Below the pieces are notes generated by a model. That model searched no databases, was not told the origin of the DNA, and was given only the letters and a program-made list of their open reading frames with translations. Both the position numbers and the translations under genes were made by a program. This document shows positions 1 to 14,725 of a DNA stretch of 64,000 nt, in pieces. Each line of letters begins with the position of its first letter. Position 1 is the stretch's first letter. Source of the stretch: Sphagnum compactum (taxonomy: Eukaryota); assembly GCA_965153455.1 (NCBI GenBank), contig OZ234493.1:22186213-22250212 (forward strand), given 5' to 3'.

Positions 1-3000
1 GTGATAGAAGAAAACACTTGTCTGTCACCTACAAAGAGCAGAAACTGAAAAGTGTGTTCAGTTTATTGTAAATTACTGAGTTCAGGTTCTTGTGACTTCG
101 ACTCAAGTTATCATTATTTTATTGAAATTGACACAAGAATTATTAGATCATGGAATTAATCTTTTTTTTGTGAGATCCAGAACTGAAATTCTAATCATTA
201 AAATATATTCATGAAAACAAGGTCATGATCTTTAGATTTTTTTTTTTTTTAAATTTAAAAAGTTAACAACTAAGTTGAACTTTATATTTAAGTTTTAATT
301 TTATTTAGTTGTTGAACTTCGTATTTACATAGACCCATGTTTTGATTTGTTATAAAATTTTTGTGCTCCTACAATTTTTAGCATTGTGGATTGTGTAGCA
401 TGTACATGAAATTGAAACTAGTTTCTTAGTCAGGCTCAGAGGTTAATGTGTTAGAACCAGAATTGAAAGGTTTTTAATTTGAAAAATCATGAATAATTAA
501 ACCCTCGCTTGAAAAAAATTTGAATAAATTTTACAATGTCAAAACTAGGATCGAAGTTTTCTCTTAACCACACAAGACTTGTTAAACCTCTCCTGTGAGT
601 GACAAATAAGCTTCTTGTAGGTGGGCACAAAAGAGAAGCTGCAACAACTGGACGATTATGCAAACTATATTTCTTGTCATTTTTTAATGAAATTTTTGAA
701 AGAATGGTCATAATTCTGTTGAAAGTGAGTTGGGATTGATTTTAATGATTAATATGTCTGTTGGGTTTAGGAGATTTTTTCCAACAAGACAATAAAATAA
801 ATTAAATTACTTGGACATGTTACAACTTTTTTCATGAAGCTTTTGTCTTTGTATATATTGTTGTTTTTCTCTCTTTGGCTCTCATGTGTACGGGTTCCTT
901 CAAATTTGGTGTGGGAAGTATTTTGTGGTTGTTCCCTCTTGTGTTGTTGATGTTTGGTCAGTTTCCATTGATGACAAAAAGCCTTCCGCCCCCACCCACC
1001 TTCCAAAACCCGCAACCCATTTTAATGGATTCTTCAAAACAGTAAGGACTTTTCTTTCTGTCAAAAGGTCAACCAAATATGATACCATGCAAAATGTAAA
1101 AACGCTTCAGATACACTACGTCAGGAATTCAGACTTTGATACGAGGAATTTAGACTTTTACGGTGGAAGTTGAGAGTTTCACACTCAGGCTTCAAACATT
1201 GGAACTTGAATTTTTGAATATTATTAGAGTTAACCATAAAGTCTCGCAATGAGTGGACAAGAACGGCCAGTTTGGGCACAATAGGGTATCGAGCATGTAA
1301 CAGGGAATGAAAATTTTACAAAGCGAAATAACTGGGACCCAAACTAAATTTTTCACCAATTTTGGTGGTAAACTGAGTTTCATCCTGTCTTTGCTTTCTC
1401 CTTGAGCGATTCCACTGCCGCTACATATATTTTCACTGCTCCGAACTGTCCAATTACAATAATTAGTCTCGAACCTTGCGCATTAAAATGCTTAGTTTCA
1501 GCATTTCATACTGAGATTTAATAAAATTTCCTTACTTTGTGGATACCAATGAAAGATTGGATAGGGAGTGAAAGCAGGCCCAAAGACAGGGTGACTTTGC
1601 GGATAACTCCATTATCACATTTAAAATTCACACTTAAAATTCATCTATTTAGTTTAGACATTTCTTTTTCAGGGTTTGGACCAGTGTTGTTCCCGTTCTT
1701 AATTCTCAAAGGAACCTTGGGATTTTATTTAAAGATAATACTTGTTGTTTTAACTGCAAAAGAAAGTTGTATAAACACAAAAACTTGAAAATAAATTTCA
1801 TACTCTAGAAAGATATCATCTAGATTTTAGACTATTTTAAGGTATATGACAAAAATGAGGAAAAAATAATAAAACTTCATTGGCATAATTTGAAGTCAAT
1901 TGTAAAGGGTGAATGCATGGTTCAGTGCTTCATTTTTGGTGTCACAATTGTTTTTGTTGTAAGGTCCATTATGTTTAGATCCGTGCAATGATTAACATGA
2001 TCTTGAATTTATCATTTAATAATAGATTTTACATTAACATGATGATTATGAACACATTTGTGTAATTTTTTAAAAAAATTAATGCATTTTTTATCGATGA
2101 TGGATTTTTAAAATACAAAAGTATGTATTAATCATTTGATTGAATTGTTAAGAAATTGAATGAATTCATATTGAATTTCATTATAATTTATAATGATTAA
2201 GTAGATTTTTAGGAATAAAAAATAAAGGCAAGTGTGAAATCTTTTCATTTAAAACTTTAACCAAATGGTGGTTATCAACTTTTGAAAAGTTCAAAAAAAG
2301 AATTTGTTTTCAAAAAATTTCATTAATCAACAATTTTTTTCAATTTTTTTTTTAACACTTCATTTATGTGGACTTTATGAGTTTTCTTTTTAAGATTTTC
2401 AAATGGCAATACACCATAACAAATTATATCAACATCTTTTGATATAGGTTTTGACTTGGATTTAAAAGGTTTTTTTTAGGTGGATGAACATTTGGTAATC
2501 AAAAATATAATAATAAAATCTTTAAAATTAACAACCATGTCCATTTGACTATTTTTAAAAAAATTGTTAGAGATTCGTATGAAATGTCTATTTGCCAAAA
2601 TTGAGCTACTCAACAATGCATTCCCGTTAAAAGGCAAAAGCATTGGCACAATCACACCAAAATTAAATACTAAAGGTAGAATATATAAATGACCTTATTT
2701 ATAATTAAATTTTTAAAAAATCGATAGATGTCATACTTACATCTAATAATCAACATGTTTTATCTAAATATTTAATTATTTTCACAAAATGGATTTGGTA
2801 GCCCCAATTTGAATATTATAAGATTTGGATAATCAAGTATAAGAACACAAGGTATTTTTTATATTTGAATCATTGTGATAACCTAGTGAAGTGGATTATT
2901 CCATATATTCCAAATGTGCAAGTTCAATTCTTACAAAAATCAAGAGGGTGAAATTATTATTATTATTTTTCCCAACTTGACCATTTAAGTACTTAATGTT

Positions 3001-3700
3001 GACATCAATCATAAGTATGATATGATAAATTTCACAAATTGATTTTATGGGCGCTACGCATTATGATATATTGATTAAAGACTTATTTTGGATTCACATA
3101 TGGATTATATAAATAATATGTCAATACTTAAATTATTTTGGGTTAACACCAATAAATATCAATTACCTTGGCCTCAAATTTAACAAAAGTACTACACTTC
3201 AAGGAAGACAATGCCAAGTAATATAAAAGTTCATCCATGAAAGTGTGAGTATTCTAAAACATAATAAGATGCATAATCCTATCAACTTCAAATTGAAAAC
3301 TCCTTATTAGACAAGTCTAAATGGATCTCTCTATAAGTATTTAATGAGTTGTGAATGGAACATGAAGTTCAATCTTCACTTGGGTGATGTCATGTTGATG
3401 TTTTTTTTATGAAGACTCATATGTGAATTTAATGAACAATTTCCATAAACAAGGTCTTTAGAAGTGTGATGAATTTCCCTTTGTATGTAGTGCACATAAA
3501 GATCAAGCTTCAGGTTTGTGAATGATCTTAGTTCAATTAGAATTTTTTTTTTTGGTTGTTGTGTATTCTGTAAGGCTACATTTCATTTAATTTATCTTTT
3601 GTGTTTGATTGCCCTAATAGTTAGGTCCAAAGCAATCCTTAAGTTATAACACCAAATTTTATTATCAATCATGGCATCTTGTTCTAATGTTTGTGACATT

Positions 3701-4913
3701 CATGCAAAGAAATCTTGTCATTTGCAACCACTTCATATGCAAGTATGTGCAATTAAATGTAACTTGTGACTATGAACGGTTGCTTACGGAACTACTTTTC
3801 AAATTTGAATGACTCCTAGTTTTTCTGCAACTAAATTATGATTACGACCTATTTCATCCTTCCAATGGATTGATTTCGCATAATATTTTTGTGTTTTTTA
3901 CACCACCATATATATATTTAATCACACACCCAACCAAAATAGTCACATGACAGTTGCATAAGGACTCTAGGCTACCTAAGCTACCTACTTACCTACCTAA
4001 TAGGTATCAACCTACCTACATATTTACATATTATGTACCTATTAAGTACCTATGTACCTATTATGTGCATACTTCATATTTACTTGCCTTTTACATACCT
4101 ACCAAGTATTTACCTACTTAATTACTAGCTAAGTACCTAAATTACCTAATAACAACCTAGTTTAGCTATTAGTAAGCTAAATAGTAGTATGTAATAAAAA
4201 GTAGTTGCAACTAGGTTGTGCCATTGTGACTAGGTTGCAATTAAAATTTTATCCCATATTGTTTATATTCTCTTTCAAGTTTGTAAATTATACAAATAGG
4301 TTGACTAAGTGTAGTCAAAACATTCAAATTTTTCAATTGCCATATGGGAAGAACTAGTCAAATAAGCTTTACCCTAATAGGCGGAATTCAAAATAAAATT
4401 GGATTTTGTAATTTTAGAAGTCTTAATACCTGGACCTACCTACCTAGTCTAGGCCTACTTAACCCGTACCTACCTAGCCTAGGTGCCACCTAAGCTAACC
4501 TAAATGCCACATGGCATTTTTAAAGTGGCCTAGCCCTAGGCTAACCCTAGAGATTACATGTCTTTTGCGACTATTGTTGGGTTGCCATGTGATAGGTAAT
4601 GGATGGTGGGGAAAAAATAGCCTTTATTCATTAAAAAACATTTAAAAACCTAAATGTTGCCATGTGTCATCTAGTGGATGATCTTTTGGTTACCACGTGT
4701 CAAATTTGCATTGGTGCATGTTGTAATTCCATCATAATCTTAAATATAGTTAGAGGAACACATTCGGATATGTATATATGATTGACATACATGTATTTTA
4801 TGGTGAAAAAGTTCATGTATCATGTTGTTAAGTAGTTTTTTGGTTACAAGTGTCACTTCCAACTAAAAACTAGTTGCAAAGACCAATCGCAAATGACAAT
4901 TTTACTAATAATG
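3701..4913. mobile_element. Non-autonomous CACTA (En/Spm-like) element, decayed
   Basis: Left end catgcaaagaaatcttgtcatttgc and right end gcaaatgacaattttactaataatg are degenerate inverted repeats, with ATT on both sides (3-bp TSD). The left end resembles cactagaagaaatcttgtcctttgc at 63062. Confidence 0.65.
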
Positions 4914-7900
4914 ATTCAAACACTTAATGGTAGGTCATTTTTCATTCATGGAAAATGAAATTGCCATTCTTTTACATGTGAAGGATTTGTTTGAGATCCT
5001 TTGAAACAATGTTTAACATCAAAAGGTCAAGTTTGCATAAATGATTTTTTTGAAAAATTGTGTTTTTCCAAAAAATGAGTTTGTTATTTAACATTGGTTA
5101 TTCACAATTAAATTACATGATACATGTGAAGATTGCAAAGGAATCTTGTCATAGCCTTTGTGTGACATTTGAATGTACACAAATCATTAACCAATTGTAT
5201 TTGCCTTAGGAAGTTTAAATGGCCACAAACTCACATTGACAAACTTCAAATCAATTGGCTAACATTAATCATCATCCTTTATTAAGACATGTTGTTCACA
5301 CTTTAAAATATTTTGCAACCTTTTTTTAATTCTAAACCTTCTTTAGTTTAAAATTTGTAGTTCTTTACAACTTAATTTGTGAATAATTGTTGTAAGTAGA
5401 ATTGCAATCTATTTCTTTTAAAACAACAACATAATTAAATTAGCATTCAATTTCAAAGGTGATATGTAGATTTTTTTTTCAAAATAATTGTCCCAAGGAT
5501 GTCCCAAGATGGGACATTGGCTTTTAAAAACCCCAAATTTTGGTGCCCTTGGTAAAGATTTGGATAAGGATACAGGATTCTAATTTAAAGACATCCCAAC
5601 TACACAAGGTTAATGGCAAAAATTTGCTGAAATTTCAAGAGATGGTAAAACAAAAAAATGATAAATGGGGGTAAGTTTCCTTGGGCGGTAGCACTAGGAA
5701 CATCACACCTTGATTTTCCTCGACCCATCAAACTTTGAAAAATCATAGGAAACACTTAAATAAATATTTTCATAATATTTTTTTAATGAATACATTTATT
5801 ACGTTCCATAGATTTTGAAATTTTGATAATATCAAGAATATTATGTATTTTGATGTTTCTAATCATTGCATTTAGAAAAAGTGTCAAGAATGTAGCATTG
5901 GTTCTTTTCCTTTAACTTTTTGGTCAAAATTTAATAACACAAAATTTTAAAACATGATTTGAGAATTTCTTGAAATTTTTTCCTTAAGGTAATTTGAAAT
6001 TCATTCTATTTTTAGGTTTTTATTAGGAAATTATTTAAGTAATTATAATTTATTTATGAATTTCTAATGTTAAGGCTATCAATTTCTTAAAGGACCATTT
6101 TAATTAACAATACAAAATTTTAAAAATTTTCAGTTGTTTTAAATTCCAAAATAAACTTCAAGCCATATATTAGTTCATAAAATTGATAAATATGAGGAAA
6201 GAATAATTTATAATTGTGAAAAAAATAAAAATAAACAGCCCAGGAAAATGATTTGATTGTTTTTGGTTCCTTAACCATTCCTTGAGGTGGTTCCTAGTGG
6301 TACCACCCAAGGATTATTTCTCCCAAATATATGGCAAATATGGCGACAAGTAACAAGGGTGTTAAGGTGCATAAAAAAAAAGTTTTTTTATTAGCAAATG
6401 ACAACAAGTGTTAGGGGATGATATGGGCACCACTGAACACACCAAAAAGGATTGCAAGAATGTCAAGGGGAGAAGGAGGAGTGAACAAGAGAAAAAAGTT
6501 CTTTGTTGTGTTAGGGGATGATATTTGGGTAGTGGAAACAACAAGGGACACCGAGGGCACTAGAAAAAACATTATGAACCTTGGAAAGGAAAAAGGAATC
6601 CAACCAACAAAAGGTGTTATTGGTCATCAAATGCACTGCAACAAAGTAATTTCAAACCTTTGCCCAAATGAAAAAGTAAAATATAAATATGACTTTTTTG
6701 AAATAACTATTAATAGGGGTGTTGAGAGGATAGTTGGGTTGTCCTAACACAACTTTAGCCTAGGGATGTTCCTTTTGGATTGTAAGGTTGTTATTAAAAC
6801 ATCAAGGCCATTTTGAAAAAGATTATCAAAACAAGGGCAATCAAAAGCTATTTTACAATCATTTTTAACATATAAAACTTGTTGTGACATTTCCATCTAT
6901 CTTCATTACAAAAATTCATTCCTTATTTGATGAGAAAAATTGCTTAAAAAATCCAAAAATAATATCTTTCATTTCGACAAATAAATTTTGACATGTTTAA
7001 CTATATTTAATGCATCACAATTAGGTGCATTAATTTTATAGTCATCAAGATTTGGTGTGGTGAACATTGTAAGATCTGATCCCTTTAAAGCACATATAAG
7101 AGATTTTTTCAAGATGACATAATGGATTCATTTCAAGAACACAAGCTTGGGTGAAGATGTGGGATGGACCAAATGGATGGGGAACAACTACATAGTGTCA
7201 AAAAAGATTTTATTTCACCTCCTACCAATATGATTTTGTTGCAAGGTTTGAAAGAACTAAAGGAAGCCCCAAAGTTGGAGATATTTGGATTCCTAAATCT
7301 GTTATTTTTTCTAACCATTTTATGTGAACTTCTTCATACTTAGGGAACTAAGGAATTGTTTCAAGCAAAAGATAAGACTTTGAAGTTAAAGACATCTAGG
7401 TTATCATCATGCCTTGTGTGTTGGAGGTTGTGGTAAGATTCTAAACAACAATTGTTTTAACAACCTAATAGTTCAAATGAGCAAACATTTTTTTGGGTAC
7501 TTTCTAATTTTCAAACTCTTAGTCCTACAATAAAAGGAAAACATCAAGACTTTTTTGATGGTGGACTTCCACATACACATGTTGCAAGTTGCAAAAGAAA
7601 GGCATTTGATTGTTTGCAACCTTTGATGACAATGAGATTGAGAGGATAATTGCCATGAGCTACATGATACAATTTGGAGTGTTGGTTTTTTATGAAATTT
7701 TATTTCCAAAAGAACCTATGTGGGGTCTTTCATATTGAAAATCAATAGATTTGCTTTAGTCATCAATGTTGGATTTGACCTAGTTATTGGGGAAGTTGAA
7801 AACATAGCTCTAAGGGTGATGCATGCCAAATTTTTCATGAAGGTTGCACTATGGATGAAAACCAAATCTAGATCTGATAGTAAATAGTGGACGTTCATTC

Positions 7901-8299
7901 AAATAAAAAATCCATGTCCTTCTTCACAAGCTCTTGGCCATTTGGGGAAAATTGAAAAGCATAAGGTGGTTGAGGGAAAAACTATGTTAGTTCCCAGATC
8001 CAATGACATGTGGATTCTTGCAAAATTAAATGTTAGAACTTGTTGTACACACTTCTATAAATCAAAACTCAATAACAAGACTAGAATTGTGAATAATTTT
8101 TTTAGATTTTTTTCTTTTAGTAAGGACTCACATTTATTATGTTGGACTTTCTACAAAAAATTGTATTGGAAATTGTGTTGGAGGTATGTATGAAGTGACA
8201 TATGTTAGAATTTGAAGATAGGATATGATAGGCTTATATTAATTAAATATGATGAGGAAAAAGTTGAAGGTGATGATTGAAGCAAATAAATTTTCTTGA

Positions 8300-11200
8300 A
8301 AATAACATAGAATTGGTAGAAGGTAGAATTTCAATATGAGTAATCCTAAAGGTATGGACAAATTGTTTTGGGGAAAAGATTTGGAAGATGTATTCGATTT
8401 CACATAAATACTACATATGGTAGCATAAGTACATGAATATGATGAGGATAAACTTTTCAAAATAACAAAACTAAACTTATGTGGGAAGGTCAAGATTAGT
8501 TTAAAAGGTTGAATCGACACCCTCCTAATCAAGGGACTCCTTGAGGACTTTGATGTTGGTCAAAATTTGGTGTTTATGATGGGGAGGAGTTGCAACAAAG
8601 ATGGATGCAATAAAACGAGAATTTCAACAAGTTTAATCTTACTATGATTGGTTGGAACACCTTTTTGTGCAAGGCAAAATCTTTGATGTTAAAAAGGAGA
8701 AGAAAATCCTTGGCTTAACTGTGGCCAAAAACTATAATTTTTATGTGGTGAGGGTCTATGAAAACATGGACGAATTATTGGCAGTTATTATTGAAATTGA
8801 ACAATTTATGGGAGAAATCAATGAAATTCCCTTTCAACCATTAAAGGAGGAGAAAAAGGAGGAAGGTTTTAAAAAAGAAACATCTTCTAATTGACAACTA
8901 CATGTATTAAGTGAAACCCTGATCAAATTTTTCAAGGGTGCTAATGATAGAAAGTTAACCCATTATGCAAATCCTACTGTTTTAAATTGTTGTCAACTAT
9001 GTCACATGGTGGCCTAACATAATATATACTTCAGCATGCCCTAAATTTATCAAAAAACTTAAATGCATCATATGCAGAGGTGGGCATAAAACAAAAAACT
9101 CTGTACCAAAATGCAATTTTTTTTTTGGCATGGGACACAAAGGAATGGTGTTGGAAGAAAAAGGAAAAGGCCTATTATTACAATGAACTTCTTAGAAGTC
9201 TTAGTTAATGATGAAGAGGCTATGTTGGTAGAATTGAATCGATTGTGTATAATGAAAAACAATGTCTTCTCGAAAGCCATAAAAAGATAAATTAATGATC
9301 TCCTTCAACAATGGGCAAAACTGGTGATGCACATGTTGAAAATGGAACATAGACATAAAGGGATTTTGGAAGTGATGTCAATAAAACTAGATCCAAGATA
9401 TTGACTCATTTTTTAAAATGCAAGATTGTTTTTCCTCCTCTTGAAACAATTTTGGCTATTTTTAACAAATTCAGGTATTTTGAATTAGGCAAGGATTGGT
9501 GAAACTAAGCAAGAAATGCAAGGATGAAGAAGTGCAACATGTAGTTCAAGTACCTATAATTGCAACACCACTTGTAATAAAAAGGGTATGTGTTAACAAG
9601 ACCATAGGAGCAAAACTTTGCACTTAACTATGGAAATTTGGAATGTTCTAATTAAAGGATTAGTGGATATACATGCACCGATGTTTGTCATGGCTATAAG
9701 TGTTGTAAATAAACTAGGAATCATGCACCTAATATCTAAAAGAACTACAGGACTGCTTTTGGAACAATCACCATAACATTGGGAAGAATTATTAATCTTC
9801 CTATGAAGGTGGGCAATATCAATTACAATATGGTGTTTTTAATTGTAAACACTAACATTTATGACATACTATTGGATCTATATTTTTTGATGAAAGTTGG
9901 GCAATTGTCAATGTTGAAAAAGGAGTGATTTAAGTATAAAATAGTCTAGGTATATATGGAAGTGGAGATCCTACCATTCATTGTTGTCAACATGTTACTA
10001 CTAGTACTTGAACAATAATTCTCACAAATAATTCAATAGATTGATGAAGGTATGCAAGGGTTGTCATTGACAATACTAGTTCATAGGAATATTTGCCACC
10101 TAATGATTCATATGATGATCTGGATATTGATTCGAAAAGAATGGATTTGGGATTGATGTGGATGGTAATCACAAAATGATCTTGCAAAAGATGGAGCTAT
10201 TCATGGAAGATATGATGGATCAAGGTTTGGATGGAATGGTTCAAATGGAAGCACCAATGCAAATGGTTAATCTAATTTTATAGGAACAACATCAAAGGTA
10301 TTGGAGGGATTACTCATTGGGGAAAATGACTACTAAAACTAGATACAATGGGTAAAAGTTGAAGAGAAAAAAGTGATTTGGAGGTTCTATTCCTAAAACT
10401 ATGTTTCATGTTCAAATTACAAAGGTTACAAAGGTGTCTAATGTTTCTAAAATAATTAGGGAAAAAGGTAGGTAGATGGAATCTATTCCAAAATCTAACT
10501 TGATCATGGATTTACAATGTTGCAAAATAAGGAACCTTGGGATTTGTTAAGGGATTTTTGGGATATATTTGTTTGGCATAAGGATGAACTAGGTATATGT
10601 ACCTTGAAAGAACATGGCTTTCCATTCTATAAAACAACAACAAATGTTTTTAAAGAAGAAGTTGGGGGACACTAGGTAGAATCAAACTTTTATCCATTTG
10701 AGAAAAATGTGCAAAAACACATCAAAACATGCATGTCATGTTACTCTTCTTGTGAAGAAGGATGGAAGTTGAAGATTTTGTGGAGATTATAAGCTTTTGA
10801 ATTTGCAAACTAAATGAGATTAATTCCTTATGTTTATAATAGAAGATGTATTCACACAACTTGGGAAATTGGCATGGTCTTTTGCTTTCGATTTGCAATC
10901 ATGACTCTATCGGACAAAATGGCAACTGAAAATATTAGGAAGATTATTATGATCACAAAATCTAGCTTTTTTAAAATGGAATGTGATGTTGTTTGGGTTG
11001 AAGAATGTAACAAATACATTTTTTAAAAAATTATGGAAAATATTTTCAAGAATTAGATTAATTAATTTTTGAATTTTTTTGTTGATGACATAAATGTCCA
11101 TAGCAGTAGTTAAAATGATCATCTTAATCATTTAAGGATAGTGTTTGGAAAAATTGAAAGCTATCAACTTGAAGCGGAATCTAAAAAATTGTTGATTTAA

Positions 11201-11520
11201 AACAAGAAATATAATTTATTTTTGGACATGTTGATGTAAGGATTGCAGTTGGATCCTTCCAAAGTATAAGCACTTTCAAAATTTCCAATTCCTCTATTTG
11301 TAACCAATGTGCAAACTTTTTTAAGCCTTACAAATATTACATGGCATATTCATTTGAAGGTATGTTAAGATTGTTGAACCATTTTTTGAATTGAGTAAAA
11401 AGGACTACCCTTTTTTGTGGAACCTTTTTGTCACATGTTGAAGCACCTCTGTTGACCAAACTATATTTTTCAAAGACATTCATTTTGGTTTGTAACAAGG
11501 GTGGGTGCAATTTTGTTTTA
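8300..11520 (+). mobile_element. Degenerate Ty3/gypsy LTR-retrotransposon gag-pol relic (gag, aspartic protease, reverse transcriptase)
   Basis: Protease-like LVDIHAPMFVMA (~9660) and FLIVNTNIYDILLDLYFLMKVGAIVNVEKG (~9840). RT motifs VTLLVKKDGS*RFCGDYKLLNLQT (~10740), FDLQS, FVDDINVHS (11078-11104), DPSKV and FPIP..VTNVQTFL. A Cys/His knuckle-like relic lies at ~8990. Many stops and frameshifts; LTRs were not recognised and the boundaries are approximate. Confidence 0.85.
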
Positions 11521-13092
11521 GAAAAACACTAGGCAAAAACAAGCCATGGGTGAAAGCATGAAAAAATGAGCCAATCACACCAAGGCTAAAGTCCTTTCTA
11601 AGGACTCCATTTTCCACATGGCAATTTTTTATTGGTTTATAATGCATTTTCACATAATTTTTCAAACTAAATATTAGAATTTAAGCCAAATATAACATGA
11701 TAAAAACTCCTTTTTTACATCAAGCTTTACATCATAGTTGCATCTATGAGTTTACTTTAAAGCATAATTACAAATTCAAAACTATAATACTGCTTAAAGA
11801 TGTTTGAGTATCAAAATGTAAAAGGGTATATGTATTTATTTTTTTGAATGTTTTGAACATATGGATCCCTTCTTGTGAAATATATTGAAATTCATAAAAA
11901 CAATTGAAACAATTTTATGACATTTGATAAGGAAAAAAAACTTTTAAAACAAAAAACCCACCGGTCCACATGTTTTTCTTAAGTGCTGAACCTAAAAGGA
12001 GTGCCAAGAAGGGACAATGAAAAGTGCCTTGGTGACTATTGCATTATTGGTTCATGACACCATAAACATGATTAACAAAGAGATTAACCAAGAAGTGAAA
12101 TATGTTGTCCAAAATAGTGTCCAACTCATCCAAAGGTGCAGGCTAGTTTATTTTTTAAAAAGCAATTAGGTAGTCATGGAGAGATGAGTCAAAGAAACCA
12201 TTAAGCAAATTCATTATCTACTAATAAGATCAAGAAAAGTAGGTGGATTCATTAGGGGTACTAATTGTAACATCTTTCTAGATGTTCTCCGAGTAGTGAA
12301 AGGATAACCCAATATTTAGGTGATATTGGCATATTTATTTTATGCCTAATGACAAGTTCCCTCCCAAGTTCAACTTTTGTTTTTGTTGCAACAACTGATT
12401 TTGATTGGCCCATCACAATTTGATTTGATAATAATAATTTAAAATTTGAAATGTTGGAGGCTTCCAAAGTGGTTCCCATTGAAAGATAAGAGAGCCATCC
12501 CTTTGACCCACCTATATTTAGAGAGTAACTTTGGGCAAAGCATATGAGAGAAAAGAGTGGTGCTACTATCAAGGGAGCATCTTGAGGAACACAATAATTG
12601 AGAACTTGGGTTTCATTTGGGAACTTGATGAAAACACATTGGGAACCCCAAAAAAAAAATGCACTAAGGGGTGTGTCACACTACGACCTTGCCATTTACA
12701 TTCAAAAAATATCTTAAGGCAAAAGAAGAATTATGGAAATTCAAAATATTTCACCATGCAAAAATACAATCTTCAAAAAAACTCATGTAAGAGAAACCAA
12801 AATCCTTCAAGATATCATAACTCTATTACTAATATCTCAAGTTTCAACACAAGACAAAAATATATCATCTTTCAAAAATCCTAAACCCCAAAAGATAAAC
12901 CCTAAACCCTTTCAAAAAAAAGACCTACTAGTAACCTAGGGGCCAAAATCCCTTAAGCTATTATACTCTAGAATGAATCCAAACATGATAGATTTAGGGA
13001 TTTTTTAAATGGATTTAGGGATTTATTTTTTTTCTTTTACCATGGTACCAATGTGGGTGGTGGTCAACCCGAGAGGCCGTTATTATTAACGA

Positions 13093-13468
13093 CACCCACC
13101 AGTGCACCATCCACTAGATGACTGTTATGTATGACTCAGTTATGGATGAACTTCAACCGAGTTAAAATTTGGTTTCACATTGGTAATCCATTCTATAACA
13201 AGTAGGTTGTTCATACTAGGATTAATAGGTAGGAAAATAGAGGTAAGTAAATGGTTGATATGTTTATACATAAGTAAGGGCTGTTTTTGCCTACTTACAA
13301 ACAACCCTCAAGCAAGCGGGTTGTTAGTAGGTAGGTAGTAAAAATGGTAATGGGGCTAACCACCAGGGTCAACGTCGTAACTGGAACCCAACGGAAAACT
13401 ATTTTCTGACCACTTATCATCCATCCTTCATGGTGCACTAGTTAGTGGGTGCTAGGTTCACTCTGGCC
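13093..13468. mobile_element. MITE, same family as 50665-51057, in opposite orientation with one end truncated
   Basis: cacccaccagtgcaccatcc ... catggtgcactagttagtgggtgctaggttcactctggcc; the internal sequence aligns by eye with the reverse complement of 50665-51057. Confidence 0.75.
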
Positions 13469-14725
13469 CTTCCTACCATCATCTCTTCCTTTGCTCATAT
13501 GCCTCAAATCCATGGGCTTTTTTTGACCCACAAACTATGGGCTCTTCTTCATGCATGGTGTCTCATGGTTTTGCTTTCTTGATGCCCTACTCTTGACATT
13601 CCCCTGGGGGGGGGGTAACTAGCACCTCCTACACTGGTACCATGGTTAAAGCCCCTGAAGTCTTTTAGGTTGCTTTTTTAACCATGGTAAAAATCCTTCT
13701 CTACAACTGAATCAGGATCACAGAGTCCAAATTCACAGGGTCCTTACCCTCAAGTTAAAGTTTTTCCTCGACAAAGGATGGCACCTTACATAAAATTGAG
13801 GAACCTTATATAGGGTTCATGTTCCTCCTCTCATTCTCCTCTCAAATGAATCACAGCTGTCAAGAAATTCTAGGGATTCTTTTTGTTGGGTAAGGACCTT
13901 GAATGGGGCTGTTCTATGAATTTGGGTCCTATGTTTGACTACCACCTCACAACAAACCCTCCTTCCCTGAACAACCATAGTCCTTACCAATGTTGGGTGG
14001 TTTTCTTTTTTCTTTTTTCTTTTTGTGAGAACCTCTGGTACCAATTCTCACATAAAATTTTAAGAATTTAATTGATTCCTTTAAAAAAATCTCCGTAAAA
14101 AAAAAACTATTAAATCATTTTTTGTGCCAATTTTCACAAATTTAAAACTAATCAATTCTCAAAGGTGATTCTCATGATTGCTTATCAAAAGTTCTATGTT
14201 TTAACAAATTTTCTAACAATTATTTACAATAGGAGAAGGGAGCAGCAACACAAATGAAGCTTAATAACAATGCAATAGGAGTGAACTCGAGCAACACAAC
14301 AGGAGCAATGAATTCAAGCAACAACATAAGAGGACTAAGTAGCAATGCAAGAGGATCCAAGCAACAATACAAGAGAACTAAGCAACAATGCAAGAAGACC
14401 CAAGCAACAACACAAAAGGAGTCAAATAGCATCACAAAAGGAACCAAACTAGCCAAAAAAAAATTCACAACATCCATTTACAAAAGAAGTATTTGTTGAT
14501 TACTGGTCTTCATGTACCAAAAAACTATGGTAGACCAATATAATCTAATTGTTAAAAGGAAAATAGTCCAACCAAGAACATGAAGAAAAAAATGTTGAAC
14601 TTATTTAATTAAATCATTTTTGTAATTTTTATGGCAATAATCATTCTCCAACACAAACAACATCTATCACCACAAATTATCATTAACAATTATGTTGACT
14701 TTGATGGCTATGTTGAAAGTGCATT

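Noticed and set aside
7100..8200. Decayed coding-like sequence upstream of the gypsy gag
   Set aside because: Stops in all frames and no recognisable motif; cannot be assigned without BLASTx.
14220..14499. Hydrophobic ORF (minus) and Asn/Gln/Thr-rich ORF (plus)
   Set aside because: They arise from a degenerate gcaaca low-complexity repeat, with no domain or splice support.
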